Below, piece after piece: positions 8,739 to 18,476 of a stretch of DNA of 59,735 nt (within the stretch, counting starts at the first letter, position 1; each line of letters begins with the position of its first letter). The stretch is from an uncultured bacterium (GTDB taxonomy: Bacteria > Verrucomicrobiota > Kiritimatiellia > RFP12 > UBA1067), in the NCBI GenBank assembly GCA_902761275.1, contig CACWJS010000003.1:1-59735 (forward strand). The letters run 5' to 3'. A program made the position numbers and the translations under genes. The notes below the pieces were generated by a model. The model was not told where the DNA came from, searched no databases, and was given only the letters and a program-made list of their open reading frames with translations.

Positions 8739-9281
8739 ATGCTATTGAGATTTCAAGATTGTATGAAGCGTTTCGGATCGCCATATCAGATAGAGAAGGC
8801 GGTGCACGACGGGCGTTTGTTCAAAATGATGCCAGGCGTCTATTCCGAAACCGGCGAAGAGAGCGAGATAGAGGTGTTGCAGGCCAGGTACCCCAAGGCA
8901 GTGCTGACTTTGGACAGCGCGTACTACTACTACGACATGACGGACGAGATCCCGGAGTTGTATGTTCTTGCCACGGCGGACAATGCGCCTCGAATAAAGG
9001 AGCTGACCGTTAGGCAGGTATATGTTCCGAGCGAGGCGCTGATGGTCGGTGCGATGCAATACGATTACGAGGGGGAGTCGTTGCGCATCTACGACATTGA
9101 GCGGCTTCTGGTGGAGACAGCACGGATGAAAAACCTGATGCCCGCCGATTTATACAAGGAGGTTGTGCGCTGGTATCGTGCGAATCTTGAGAGACTTGAT
9201 TCATCGAAGATCGGCGAATACGCAGTGGCCTTTCCTCACAAGGATCGCATAATGTCGGTAATCGACGCGGAGATATATTGA
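8739..9281 (+). CDS. type IV TA antitoxin, AbiEi family
   Basis: N-terminal wHTH ending GVY; SAYYYYDMTDEIP; IYDIERLLVE; coupled to the AbiEii gene. Confidence 0.85.
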   Translation: MLLRFQDCMKRFGSPYQIEKAVHDGRLFKMMPGVYSETGEESEIEVLQARYPKAVLTLDSAYYYYDMTDEIPELYVLATADNAPRIKELTVRQVYVPSEALMVGAMQYDYEGESLRIYDIERLLVETARMKNLMPADLYKEVVRWYRANLERLDSSKIGEYAVAFPHKDRIMSVIDAEIY

Positions 9282-10087
9282 TGAAGCCACTGAAAGATCA
9301 GATAGAGGAACTTCAGTCCAAAGGCTATAGCGCCGTGTTGGCATCGGCAAAAGTCGTTCATGATGTTGTCTTGATGGCAATAAGCAGAAGTGGATTTAAG
9401 GTGAATGGGACGCTGAAGGGCGGCGTGGTGATGAGTGCGCTTACGAAAGACATCCGGCGCGCAACTCTTGACATGGACATAGACTTTGTCCATCACCCGA
9501 TAAGTGATGCCGGCGTGAGGCGGTTCGTCAATAGATTGTCAAAGTCCATGCCAGGACTTGACTTGGTCATCCGAGGCCGTGTGCTTGATCTTAAGCATGG
9601 AGACTATCGCGGCAAGCGGATATTCCTTGCGGTCAAGGATGAATCCATTCCACGGTGGATTAGGACCAAGATGGACATAGGGGTGCATACACACGAGGAT
9701 ATCAAACAAGTGGATGTGCGTTTTGACATTTCGAACGAAGATGGCTTTGTTGACCTTCAGGCGAATCCCATAGAGCAAATATTTGCAGAGAAGTTGCTTA
9801 GCCTTTTGCGGCATGGGGTTGTCTCAAATCGACCGAAAGACGTATTTGACCTTTATTACCTGTCAGAGAGAGTCTCTGTCGCAAAATTGAAGCCGTGTGT
9901 ACGGGAATTGATCTACGAGAACAAACGTTGTCGAGTGAACGACAAGGATGAAATGGTGCGAATGTTAGACATTGTCTTTAATGCGCGGCCTTTCCTGCGA
10001 CGTTTGAGCAATGCAAAAGCGAATTGGCTTCACGTTGATCCAGAAGAAGCGATCGCAGGAATCAGGCGATTGATCAAGAATTTGTAG
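9278..10087 (+). CDS. type IV TA toxin, AbiEii/AbiGii nucleotidyltransferase
   Basis: LKGG, RRATLDMDIDF, EQIFAEKL and RPKDVFDLYYL motifs. Confidence 0.9.
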   Translation: MMKPLKDQIEELQSKGYSAVLASAKVVHDVVLMAISRSGFKVNGTLKGGVVMSALTKDIRRATLDMDIDFVHHPISDAGVRRFVNRLSKSMPGLDLVIRGRVLDLKHGDYRGKRIFLAVKDESIPRWIRTKMDIGVHTHEDIKQVDVRFDISNEDGFVDLQANPIEQIFAEKLLSLLRHGVVSNRPKDVFDLYYLSERVSVAKLKPCVRELIYENKRCRVNDKDEMVRMLDIVFNARPFLRRLSNAKANWLHVDPEEAIAGIRRLIKNL

Positions 10088-10141
10088 GTCGTGGAACACG
10101 ACCTAAGCCTAAAATCGCCGCGTTCGTTGTGGGCGCGGCGT

Positions 10142-10346
10142 TATCTGCCGTCGAAGCAGGAGGGTGCACGGGGCTTCTACAAGGTCTGGGTAAGCGACGC
10201 GCCGATCGAGGCCGAGTAGAGGCGGCGCGGCAAAACTGACACCGACTGTGACAACTTCTGGCACCGACGCAAGCGGCAAGATGACTTTTGTTGTCACTCC
10301 CGGCGACGGCACGGCGGCAAAGGCGTTTTTGAGAATTCGGAAATAA
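10142..10346 (+). pseudogene. two orphan C-terminal gene remnants
   Basis: YLPSKQEGARGFYKVWVSDAPIEAE* (10142-10219) and AKLTPTVTTSGTDASGKMTFVVTPGDGTAAKAFLRIRK* (10230-10346), no starts. Confidence 0.45.
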
Positions 10347-10390
10347 CAGCGCGTGAGGTTGTGCCCGCCGGATTATGGTAAAATACCTGC

Positions 10391-10888
10391 ATGAAGTTCG
10401 GCGCGGCGATTTTGGTGGTGGCGTTGCTCGCTCTCTCCGCTTTTGCGGGGGCGCGGGTTGTCGTGCCGTCGCTGCCGGAGGCGGTGACGCCTGATGCGGA
10501 AGTAAGCACCAACATCGCGCTGAATGTCAATGCGGCGCGGCTGCGGACGCTGACGCTTTCAGTGGAGTTCGAATCGTGCGTGATGAACGAGGTGCTTGTC
10601 GCCATAGGCGCGGATGCGGACTTGGATGGTGATCTTTCGGTTGACGAAGCCGATATTGTGTTTGGCTGCGACTGCGGCGAGTGGTATCGCACCGATCTCC
10701 GCACGGGCACAGCTTCTACAGAAGGGTCTGACCCTTCTGTGGAAGCTACAAACGCGGTTGTCATCGGGAAGCGCGAGTTTGATCCTGCATGGAATCTCGT
10801 AAAGATCGTGCGGCGTGGATTCGGCGAGATAGGCGAGACGGTTTCGGTGGACGAGGAACGCATCCGGTTCGACATCAGGATCCGGTGA
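10391..10888 (+). CDS. hypothetical secreted protein
   Basis: Signal peptide; DADLDGDLSVDE Ca-binding-like motif; -10 element 6 nt upstream. Confidence 0.75.
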   Translation: MKFGAAILVVALLALSAFAGARVVVPSLPEAVTPDAEVSTNIALNVNAARLRTLTLSVEFESCVMNEVLVAIGADADLDGDLSVDEADIVFGCDCGEWYRTDLRTGTASTEGSDPSVEATNAVVIGKREFDPAWNLVKIVRRGFGEIGETVSVDEERIRFDIRIR

Positions 10889-12447
10889 TGGTGGACTGGT
10901 TCTATATCGGCTACTGCACTGTAATGGCGATGTTCGCCGTTGCGTTTGCGTACGCTGCTGCCTTTGGTCTCCGCGCGCTTCGCCGTTTGCCGCGCTCGAT
11001 TCTGCTTGGTTTTGCCGCAGCCGCGACTGTCGCAACCCTTACAGCGCAGAAGACGAACAATGTGCCGCCGAACATGAATCAGCCACAGATGCAACAGGGG
11101 GGTGGCGTTTCTCAGACAGAATTTACAGGACTGACAGGATTTGGAGAAGACAGTTCGAGTTGGAGAAATGAGAATTCCACTCTCCAACTCCAACTCGAAA
11201 CTCCAACTCTTAATCCTGTCCAAACAACAAGCGATGATATTGCGCGAGGCTGGCGCGTCGAATGTGCCGCGACAAATGAAAACATCTCCTACGAAATGCC
11301 GCCGAATGGATCGCTTGTCGGGAACTGGAACATCCACGGCGCAGCGTCATCTTTCGGAAACAATGTGGTTGATTTTGGCGTCTTGCGGACGAGCGGGACG
11401 CTCGTCCCTACCAATTGGTCGTTCCCTCTCGGCACGAATGATGAGGTGTTTTCGTCATTTTGGTATTTCATCGATGGACGCATCCGTCCAACTCCGCGAG
11501 ATGCCGCGCACGAAATCTGCGCTGTTGGCGTTCCAATGTCTGCCGTTCCAGGCCAAAGCCGACTGTGGCGGCTTGACGGCGACGATGGTGCCCGCATCCT
11601 CACATGGGAAAACTTCTTCCTCGGCGGCGACACAAACGCGCCTGTCAACGCGCAGATCATTCTCCGACCCAATGGCGATTTCATCACTCGTTCCAACGAG
11701 GTGGAAACCGCGTATCGCCGCGTCAACCCCGACGACTGGGATGATGATGGGATCCATAACGAGCGAGATGCGAACCCGGCAAGCTACGACGGAGATTTCT
11801 TTGGCGTGGTAAACAGCTTGCCGCCAAACGCGAATGCCGATGCCTACTACTTGCTTGATCTTTCGGTGGCAGGGGTTCTCGGAGTTGCGACAATCCGCGT
11901 CACGTGCGACGGAGTGGTTTTCCCGATATGCTTCACCATCGTTGAGCCTGAAAGTATTGTTGCGACGAGCGTGTGGTGCGAGACCAATGAATGTCCTGGC
12001 GTCGCGGGGAATTTTGCCGGGTACTTTGATGTTGCCGTCATGCCGACAAATGTTAGTTTTCAGGCTATCTTAACGGCAGAGCTTGGATATTCGGCGACAA
12101 ATGCCGTTGGCTTTTTTGCGTTGTCCGAGCATGTTGGTTTGCTCGACCACTCAGTTCATGGAGCGAATAATTGGCATGGAGTCGGCTGGGGCAATAGTTT
12201 TTCCGATACAGTAGCTTTCAAATATTTTCATCCACCGTGGGGGAATGGTGGATCGTTCACATGGCCGATAGAAAATGCATGGCGGTTGCGTTCTGATGGC
12301 TTTGTCACCAACCGAATGCCTTGGAGATCTTCATACGACCAACGATTTGAACTTGATGCCGATGGGACTACACGTATCAGGAAATTTGACTATGTGCTAC
12401 AACAGGGAACAAATCTAGAATTTCAAGTTATGGAGGAAGCAAGATGA
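10888..12447 (+). CDS. hypothetical membrane-anchored/exported protein, possible polymorphic effector
   Basis: ATG overlaps the upstream TGA; two N-terminal hydrophobic segments; DDWDDDGIHNERDANP Ca-binding-like repeat; AT-richer C-terminus. Confidence 0.7.
   Translation: MVDWFYIGYCTVMAMFAVAFAYAAAFGLRALRRLPRSILLGFAAAATVATLTAQKTNNVPPNMNQPQMQQGGGVSQTEFTGLTGFGEDSSSWRNENSTLQLQLETPTLNPVQTTSDDIARGWRVECAATNENISYEMPPNGSLVGNWNIHGAASSFGNNVVDFGVLRTSGTLVPTNWSFPLGTNDEVFSSFWYFIDGRIRPTPRDAAHEICAVGVPMSAVPGQSRLWRLDGDDGARILTWENFFLGGDTNAPVNAQIILRPNGDFITRSNEVETAYRRVNPDDWDDDGIHNERDANPASYDGDFFGVVNSLPPNANADAYYLLDLSVAGVLGVATIRVTCDGVVFPICFTIVEPESIVATSVWCETNECPGVAGNFAGYFDVAVMPTNVSFQAILTAELGYSATNAVGFFALSEHVGLLDHSVHGANNWHGVGWGNSFSDTVAFKYFHPPWGNGGSFTWPIENAWRLRSDGFVTNRMPWRSSYDQRFELDADGTTRIRKFDYVLQQGTNLEFQVMEEAR
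11114..11220 (+). repeat. in-frame composite hairpin element (ACAGGAT / CTCCAA units)
   Basis: 11174-11209 matches 43730-43765 with 1 mismatch; ends in AATCCTGTC. Confidence 0.8.
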
Positions 12448-13130
12448 ATGGTGTGCTTAAAACGATGGTCGGCTTGCTGGCTGCATGTCTTTTGCAGGTG
12501 GCATTTGCAACAACCGTTGAAGAGGCGCGAGCTCAGGCGCTGTCGTCGACAAACTACTGGGGTGTTTCATTTGCTGAATATCGTTTGCGGGTTGGCGAGT
12601 CTGTCCCTTTCCTCGCGACTAACGGAACGCTGTCGGCGCGTCAGGCCCTTTGCGATTGGTATGTGTCTCTTGCCGGATTCGTCTCACCAACCAATTCAGT
12701 GACTGACTATGAATCTTGGTTGGATGAGCAGGTCGTGGCGTTGTCGGCATATTCGCGCTTCCTGGTTGATCCACAGTTTACAAACGCTTGGGTGGCGGCG
12801 GCCTGTCGTCTCGGTGCTTTGCGAGATGCGATTCCGACAAAAGACGACCTCCGTATGGGTATGAAGAACAAGCTTTTTGTTGATGGACTTCTTGTAGACA
12901 ATAATACCGTCAAAGAAATCAAAGGGGATTTCCTAAGGGAACAGGATTTTGCATTTGCGCGGCAATCAGCGTCTGACATTCTTGCTCGCCCTGTTGTGGA
13001 TGTGTTTGGACAGAAGGGGATTCCCAAGCTTCCAATCGATGAGAGGAGTGCGTTTGCTTCAAATTATGTCGGCACGGCCCGCTTGTCTACGGAGGAGGCG
13101 AATGCGGTTCTTCAACAATTGAGCAGGTGA
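12444..13130 (+). CDS. hypothetical secreted protein, possible immunity partner
   Basis: ATGA overlap; signal peptide; AT-richer. Confidence 0.7.
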   Translation: MNGVLKTMVGLLAACLLQVAFATTVEEARAQALSSTNYWGVSFAEYRLRVGESVPFLATNGTLSARQALCDWYVSLAGFVSPTNSVTDYESWLDEQVVALSAYSRFLVDPQFTNAWVAAACRLGALRDAIPTKDDLRMGMKNKLFVDGLLVDNNTVKEIKGDFLREQDFAFARQSASDILARPVVDVFGQKGIPKLPIDERSAFASNYVGTARLSTEEANAVLQQLSR

Positions 13131-13175
13131 GCGGTAGAATAGTGAAGACCGTGCCAAGTTGATATCCGGAGCGGT

Positions 13176-15449
13176 TCAGCTGCAGGGTTGCGGCGTGACG
13201 GCAAGGCGTTCTGCGAGGGTGGTGCGGCGCTCGCGCACGACGTTCGTGTCGATCGCGCGGTTTACCGCGTATGGAACGCCGATGAGAAGGACGAGCTTCT
13301 TTCCGCGCGTGATGGCGGTGTAGAGGAGATTGCGCTGCAGCATCACGTAGTGCTGCGTGTGAATCAGGACGATTACCGCCGGGTATTCCGACCCCTGCGA
13401 CTTGTGGATCGTCGTCGCGTAGGCGAGCACGAGTTCGTCGAGATCTCCTGCGTCGTACTTTACAGGCCGTCCATCGAATGTGACGATGAGCGAGCGATCC
13501 GTCGGGTCGACCGCCTTTATAAACCCGACGTCGCCGTTGTAGACATCCTTGTCATAGTTGTTCCGTAGCTGCATTACGCGGTCGCCTACGCGGAACGTCG
13601 TTCCGCCGCGGATCAAGGCCGCGCCCGATGGGTTGAGCGCCTTCTGCAGCTCGAAGTTGAGACTCTCCGTGCCGAGAAGATTGCGGCGCATCGGCGTGAG
13701 CACCTGCACGTCCTCGAGCGGGTCGAGCCCGAACTTGCGCGGAATGCGCGTCGTCATGAATTCGATTGCGCGCCTAAGGCACTGCTCAGGGTCTTCGCAC
13801 CGGACGAAGTAAAAGTCGGTATCGCCGCTTCTTATCTCGAGCGGCTCACCCGCGTTCACGTGGTGGGCGTTCGTGACGATGAGCCCGCCAGCGTCTTGTC
13901 GGAAGATCTGGTCGAGGCGCGTAAAGGCGATATTGCCGGACTTTATGAGATCGCCAAGGACATTCCCTGCGCCTACGCTCGGCAACTGGTCCGTATCGCC
14001 GACGAGCACTACCGCCGCAGTGGATGGAATCGCCGATAGCAGATCGTTTGCAAGCTTGATGTCGATCATCGACGTCTCGTCGAAGATAAAGACGTCGCCT
14101 TCAAGCGGGCTTTCCTTGTTGAACGTGAACTTGTTCGTTACGGGATTCCACTTGAGAAGACGGTGAATCGTCTGCGCCGCTGCGCCGACCGACTCTGACA
14201 TGCGTTTCGCTGCGCGACCCGTCGGCGCGGCGAGGACTACTTTAAGTTTTTTCGCGCCATAGATGTCGACGAGCGCGCGGATTATCGTCGTCTTGCCGAC
14301 GCCCGGCCCGCCGGTTATGATGGAGAACTTGCTCGACAGGCACTGCTCGAGAGCGTTCGCCTGCTGCGCGGCGAGCGAGAAGCCCGCTTTTTGCTCCCAC
14401 CATGCGACGGCCTTGCCCGCGTCTACGGGCGTGAAGCCGGGGAGGGAATCCCTTATTCGCTTTACATGCGAGGCCGTCTCGCGCTCGGCCCACCAAAGCG
14501 AACGCAGGTAGATGCGGCGGGGAGAGGTGTTTGAGTGTTTGAGTGTTTGAGTGTTTGAGTGTTTGGGTTGGTTGGCTGGTAGTGGGATTGGCTGGCTGGC
14601 GGGCGCGGCTTCGCTTTCCGCGATGACGCGGCCTTCGGCAATTTCCTTCTCAAGCGCTTCGCCAAGAATCTCGGTCGGTATTTCGGTGAGTTCGTTCGCG
14701 TGGAGAAGGAGGTCGTTCTCGAAAGTCCAGCAGTGTCCTGAGTCCTCTGCCTCCGTCTCGAGCGTGTAGGAAATTGACGCGCGCGCGCGAAGGGGCGAGT
14801 CCTTCGGGATGCCGACGGAGAGCGCGATGCGGTCGGCGGTAGCAAAGCCGATTCCCCAGATGTCGCGGCAGAGCTTGTAGGGGTCGGCCTTTACGATTGC
14901 TATTGCGTCTGGACCGTATTTGCGGACGATCTTCGTCATCTTCGCTATCGAGATGCCGTAGGTCTGGCCGAAGATCATATTCTCCCTCAGGGTCTCGTTC
15001 GCATGCCAGCTTGCGCGTATCTGCTCGATCTTCGCTTTGCCGAGCTTTGGCACTTCGACGAGCCGTGCCGATTGGTGGGAGAGGACATTCAGGGTGTCTT
15101 CGCCGAAGGTTTCGACGATGCGCTTTGCGAGAACCTTGCCGACGCCCTTTATGAGTCCCGATGCGAGATAGCGCTCTATGCCGACGAGGGATCTCGGCGC
15201 TACGCAGACGATTGACTCGGCCTTGAACTGTCGTCCGTGGACCTTGTCGGTCACCCACGAGCCGGTCGCGGAAATCTCCTCGCCTTCCCATACCGCCTGT
15301 GCCTTGCCGACGACGGTTATCTCGTTTAGTTGCCTGAGAGCGAAGCCGGAAGGGAGTTCGACATGGAGGACGGTGTAGCCGTTCTCGTCGTTGTGGAATA
15401 CGACCGACTTGATCGTTCCCTCGACTGTCTCGCTCGCTTCATCTGCCAT
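13176..15449 (-). CDS. recD2: ATP-dependent RecD-like helicase RecD2
   Basis: IKGVG HhH, GGPGVGKTT, DETSM, GDTDQLPSVG, YATTIHKSQGSEY. Confidence 0.96.
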   Translation of the reverse strand: MADEASETVEGTIKSVVFHNDENGYTVLHVELPSGFALRQLNEITVVGKAQAVWEGEEISATGSWVTDKVHGRQFKAESIVCVAPRSLVGIERYLASGLIKGVGKVLAKRIVETFGEDTLNVLSHQSARLVEVPKLGKAKIEQIRASWHANETLRENMIFGQTYGISIAKMTKIVRKYGPDAIAIVKADPYKLCRDIWGIGFATADRIALSVGIPKDSPLRARASISYTLETEAEDSGHCWTFENDLLLHANELTEIPTEILGEALEKEIAEGRVIAESEAAPASQPIPLPANQPKHSNTQTLKHSNTSPRRIYLRSLWWAERETASHVKRIRDSLPGFTPVDAGKAVAWWEQKAGFSLAAQQANALEQCLSSKFSIITGGPGVGKTTIIRALVDIYGAKKLKVVLAAPTGRAAKRMSESVGAAAQTIHRLLKWNPVTNKFTFNKESPLEGDVFIFDETSMIDIKLANDLLSAIPSTAAVVLVGDTDQLPSVGAGNVLGDLIKSGNIAFTRLDQIFRQDAGGLIVTNAHHVNAGEPLEIRSGDTDFYFVRCEDPEQCLRRAIEFMTTRIPRKFGLDPLEDVQVLTPMRRNLLGTESLNFELQKALNPSGAALIRGGTTFRVGDRVMQLRNNYDKDVYNGDVGFIKAVDPTDRSLIVTFDGRPVKYDAGDLDELVLAYATTIHKSQGSEYPAVIVLIHTQHYVMLQRNLLYTAITRGKKLVLLIGVPYAVNRAIDTNVVRERRTTLAERLAVTPQPCS
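14527..14600 (-). repeat. in-frame 8-mer tandem array (TCAAACAC x~5 plus degenerate units) inside recD2
   Basis: Translated as ASQPIPLPANQPKHSNTQTLKHSNT. Confidence 0.9.
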
Positions 15450-15736
15450 TTGCGAATATTATACCAAATGTAAGTCTGCGGCGTCCGAAGGCTCCGGGTG
15501 TGCCGAGACTTTTATGAACGAAAGCTCGGCATGTCGGCATCGTATCGATTCCACATATACGGTTCCATATGTGCCGGCAAATTAGCGCTAACGCGCGGCC
15601 ACAAAAACTCGGCTGCGTTGCCGGACGGCGCTTCGCGCCCTATGCGCGGCATCCCGTCGCAACGGTCTGTAGGCCCTTGGCCTCCGCCGTGCGCCGTTCC
15701 GCCGCGCAAGCCTATCGGCTTCCGGCAGCGCACCGA

Positions 15737-15975
15737 GACACGAATGCCGCCTACGCGGCACACGAATTTTCACGAATGGAATCACAAAACCCATTGCCTC
15801 CCTGAATCCGCTGCCTATCTCGTCGTAGACTTCATAGATCGCTCTGCGAATTGCGTAGCATTCATCTGGGTAAATCAAACCTTTGTTCATAAGGCGATAG
15901 TTATAGCAAAAGTTGCCCAAATTCGTGTAGCCCCGAAGGGGCGTATTCGTGTGCCGCGTAGGCGGCATTCGTGTC
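15737..15975. mobile_element. 31 bp perfect inverted repeats (CACGAAT units) enclosing a GxxExxY remnant
   Basis: GACACGAATGCCGCCTACGCGGCACACGAAT at 15737-15767; exact reverse complement at 15945-15975; mobility itself is inferred. Confidence 0.65.
15792..15890 (-). pseudogene. truncated GxxExxY family gene
   Basis: MNKGLIYPDECYAIRRAIYEVYDEIGSGFREAM; breaks just before the motif Tyr; TGCTATAAC upstream. Confidence 0.75.
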
Positions 15976-16272
15976 CTGCGCAATGTCGCAGACCGAAGGT
16001 CGTAGCGCAGTGGCGATGCACGGCGAAGGTCTCGATAGTCAATAGTCTCCTTGAAGGGCAAAAGGGTGCTCAGACGAGACCTTCACGCCGATGCATCGAC
16101 TCTGCGCACAGGCGGCGAAGCCGCGCGACTTGCGCAGGGTTCGTGGTTGCGCGAAGCGCCCCTATCCCATTGACTTTGCATAAATAGCTCGTTGCACCCT
16201 CCGTATCAAATCCTTCGCTATGCCGCAGACCTACGGGTGAACCTTCTTGGGGTGGATGGCGTTTAACGGGGT

Positions 16273-18423
16273 ATGAAAAGCAAGATTATCGTTGTTTGCG
16301 CCGTTGTTGCAGGCGCATTGAGTGGAATGGGAGATGAGGCGAACACCTCGACGAACGCGGTGGCCGACTTGGGGACGGTCGTCGTCGAGGGCTCGGCCCT
16401 CTCAAAGTACCGGCCAGAGACGGTGGAGGGTGCGACATTCACCGGCCTTGCTCCTGAAAAGTCGCCGACGGTCGTCGACACGCTGACCGAGGACTTTATC
16501 CGCGAGCACAACCCGACTGACCTACACGACCTTCTCCGCTATGTGCCTGGTGTCGAGACTGGCGGCAAGTCGCTTCTCGTCCGCCAGCCGGGAACATTCC
16601 AGATACGCGGCATGGGCGGCACGGAGCCCGCATTTGACGGTATTGTGCCGATTGGGCTCGGCGCGGGGCTTTTCATGGATCCGTTCCTCATGGAGCGCGT
16701 CGAAATCGTGAAGGGCCCGATTGGCTCGCTTTCCGGCGGCGCGGGATCGCAGCAGAACAACTCAGGCGCGGGCGGTTCGGTCAATATGTACTTGAAGGGC
16801 GCCAACTTCCGCGGAGACAGGATCGACTTCCAGGAGAACACCTCCGTCGGGCGTCATACCTGGCGCCAGCGCGGCATGATCGACGCGAACGAGGTCTATG
16901 GCGACGACAAGTTCGCCGTCCGCGCAATCGGCGCGTTCGACGTTTTCTCGCCGGCCTATCTTGGCGAGGGTTCGCAGAAGGGTGCCGACCCGCGGCAGTC
17001 CTACACGATTGCGCCGTCGTTCGCGTGGTGTCCTGTCGAAAATGTGACGATCGGGCTCAAGTCGATGTTCCAGAAGACCGACCAGCCGAGCTACATCGGC
17101 GTCCCCGTCTGGCATGGACGGCCCGGCGGCGGCTATAGCTGGTACGAGTCGTCGTGCCGCAAGGGCGACCGCTCGAAATACGACTCGATGTACCTGAATC
17201 CCTACGTCGACTGGCAGGTCACCGACGACTGGCTTCTCAAGTTCGGCGGCGCGTTCATGTTCTCCGACTGGGAGCAGAGGACACGCGAGCCGTACATGAA
17301 CAACAGGGAACTTTCCGATTTCTACGAGACCGGCGAGTGGACGAGCGGCGAGAAGTACATGACGTCGGGCTTTTCCGAGTCTGATCGCATAAGCCGCAGC
17401 TATAACCTCTACGCGCGCTCGGTCTACACGAAGGATGAACTGCCGTGGGGCTTCAGGAACACGCTTGTCGTTCAGCCCGACTTCTGGTACCGCGAGTCGA
17501 CGAGCGGCTTCGGCGCGCCCGTCACGCGCTACGGCACGACGCTTCAGGACTCTCTTGGCTGGGGCTGGGTGACACTCCTTGGCGGCGTCCGCTACGACTG
17601 GTTCACGGAGAATCCGCAGACGACTACTGCGTCCAATGGCACGACCACGCACTACCATCGCGCAAACGAGTTTGCGTTCTCGCCGCGCGGCGGTCTCACG
17701 GTCCAGCCGCTCGACTGGCTCGTATTCTTCGGCAACCTTTCCCAGACGCGCACTCCGACACTCGGCTACCGCGATGCCGACGGCAACAGGCCGACCGATC
17801 CGTGGACGGCGACGCAGATGGAAGGGGGCTTTCGCGTCCGTCCCGTCGAGAAGCTTTGGTTCTCGGCCTCTGTCTACCGCATCGACCAGCGCAACACGCC
17901 TGTCGCCGAGACGATCAACAATGACACGTACTACTATTTCGAGGGCAAGAGCAACTCGCGTGGCGTTGAGCTCTCGCTCGCGGGCGACATCACCGAGAAC
18001 TGGACTGTCCTCGCGATGTACTCGTACAACCGCTACGAGAACCGCAACGCCACTGGAGCTGCGCCGTCGGTCTTCCGCCGCAATCCCAACCACACGTTCT
18101 CGCTCAACACCTCCTACCGGTTCGACTGCTGTGATCTCCTTCGCGACATCGTGGTCGGATGTGGCTATCGCTTCCGCTCGAAGAGCTTCGCGACGATGCG
18201 CGGCGCGTTTGTAGACAACAACCTCTATTTTGCGCACAGCCACGTCTTCGACGTCAACGTGTCTGTTCCGCTGACGAAGTTCGGCGGGCCCGAGGATTGG
18301 ACGCTGACGCTTGGCGTCCGCAACCTCTTCGGCGAGAAGTACTTCGAGTCCGCGCGGCACTTCTACGAGTGCCTCGTCGGCGAGCCGCGCACGTTCGAGA
18401 TCGGTCTCCGCGCAAGGTTCTGA
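16273..18423 (+). CDS. TonB-dependent receptor (siderophore-receptor-like)
   Basis: Signal peptide; TVVVEG TonB box; IRG and MERVEIVKGP plug motifs; C-terminal GEPRTFEIGLRARF. Confidence 0.92.
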   Translation: MKSKIIVVCAVVAGALSGMGDEANTSTNAVADLGTVVVEGSALSKYRPETVEGATFTGLAPEKSPTVVDTLTEDFIREHNPTDLHDLLRYVPGVETGGKSLLVRQPGTFQIRGMGGTEPAFDGIVPIGLGAGLFMDPFLMERVEIVKGPIGSLSGGAGSQQNNSGAGGSVNMYLKGANFRGDRIDFQENTSVGRHTWRQRGMIDANEVYGDDKFAVRAIGAFDVFSPAYLGEGSQKGADPRQSYTIAPSFAWCPVENVTIGLKSMFQKTDQPSYIGVPVWHGRPGGGYSWYESSCRKGDRSKYDSMYLNPYVDWQVTDDWLLKFGGAFMFSDWEQRTREPYMNNRELSDFYETGEWTSGEKYMTSGFSESDRISRSYNLYARSVYTKDELPWGFRNTLVVQPDFWYRESTSGFGAPVTRYGTTLQDSLGWGWVTLLGGVRYDWFTENPQTTTASNGTTTHYHRANEFAFSPRGGLTVQPLDWLVFFGNLSQTRTPTLGYRDADGNRPTDPWTATQMEGGFRVRPVEKLWFSASVYRIDQRNTPVAETINNDTYYYFEGKSNSRGVELSLAGDITENWTVLAMYSYNRYENRNATGAAPSVFRRNPNHTFSLNTSYRFDCCDLLRDIVVGCGYRFRSKSFATMRGAFVDNNLYFAHSHVFDVNVSVPLTKFGGPEDWTLTLGVRNLFGEKYFESARHFYECLVGEPRTFEIGLRARF

Positions 18424-18476
18424 CGGGTAACCCTCCCGAGAGTATGGTATAATACCTATATCACAAGGAGGATTGT

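Noticed and set aside
15498-16187. ORFs 15498-16187 (+) and 15588-16061 (-) as intact genes
   Set aside because: Mostly translated inverted repeats; only 33 codons resemble a real family
16100-16272. Cobalamin/TPP riboswitch before the TonB-dependent receptor
   Set aside because: No recognisable B12-box or TPP core motif by eye; an Rfam scan would settle it
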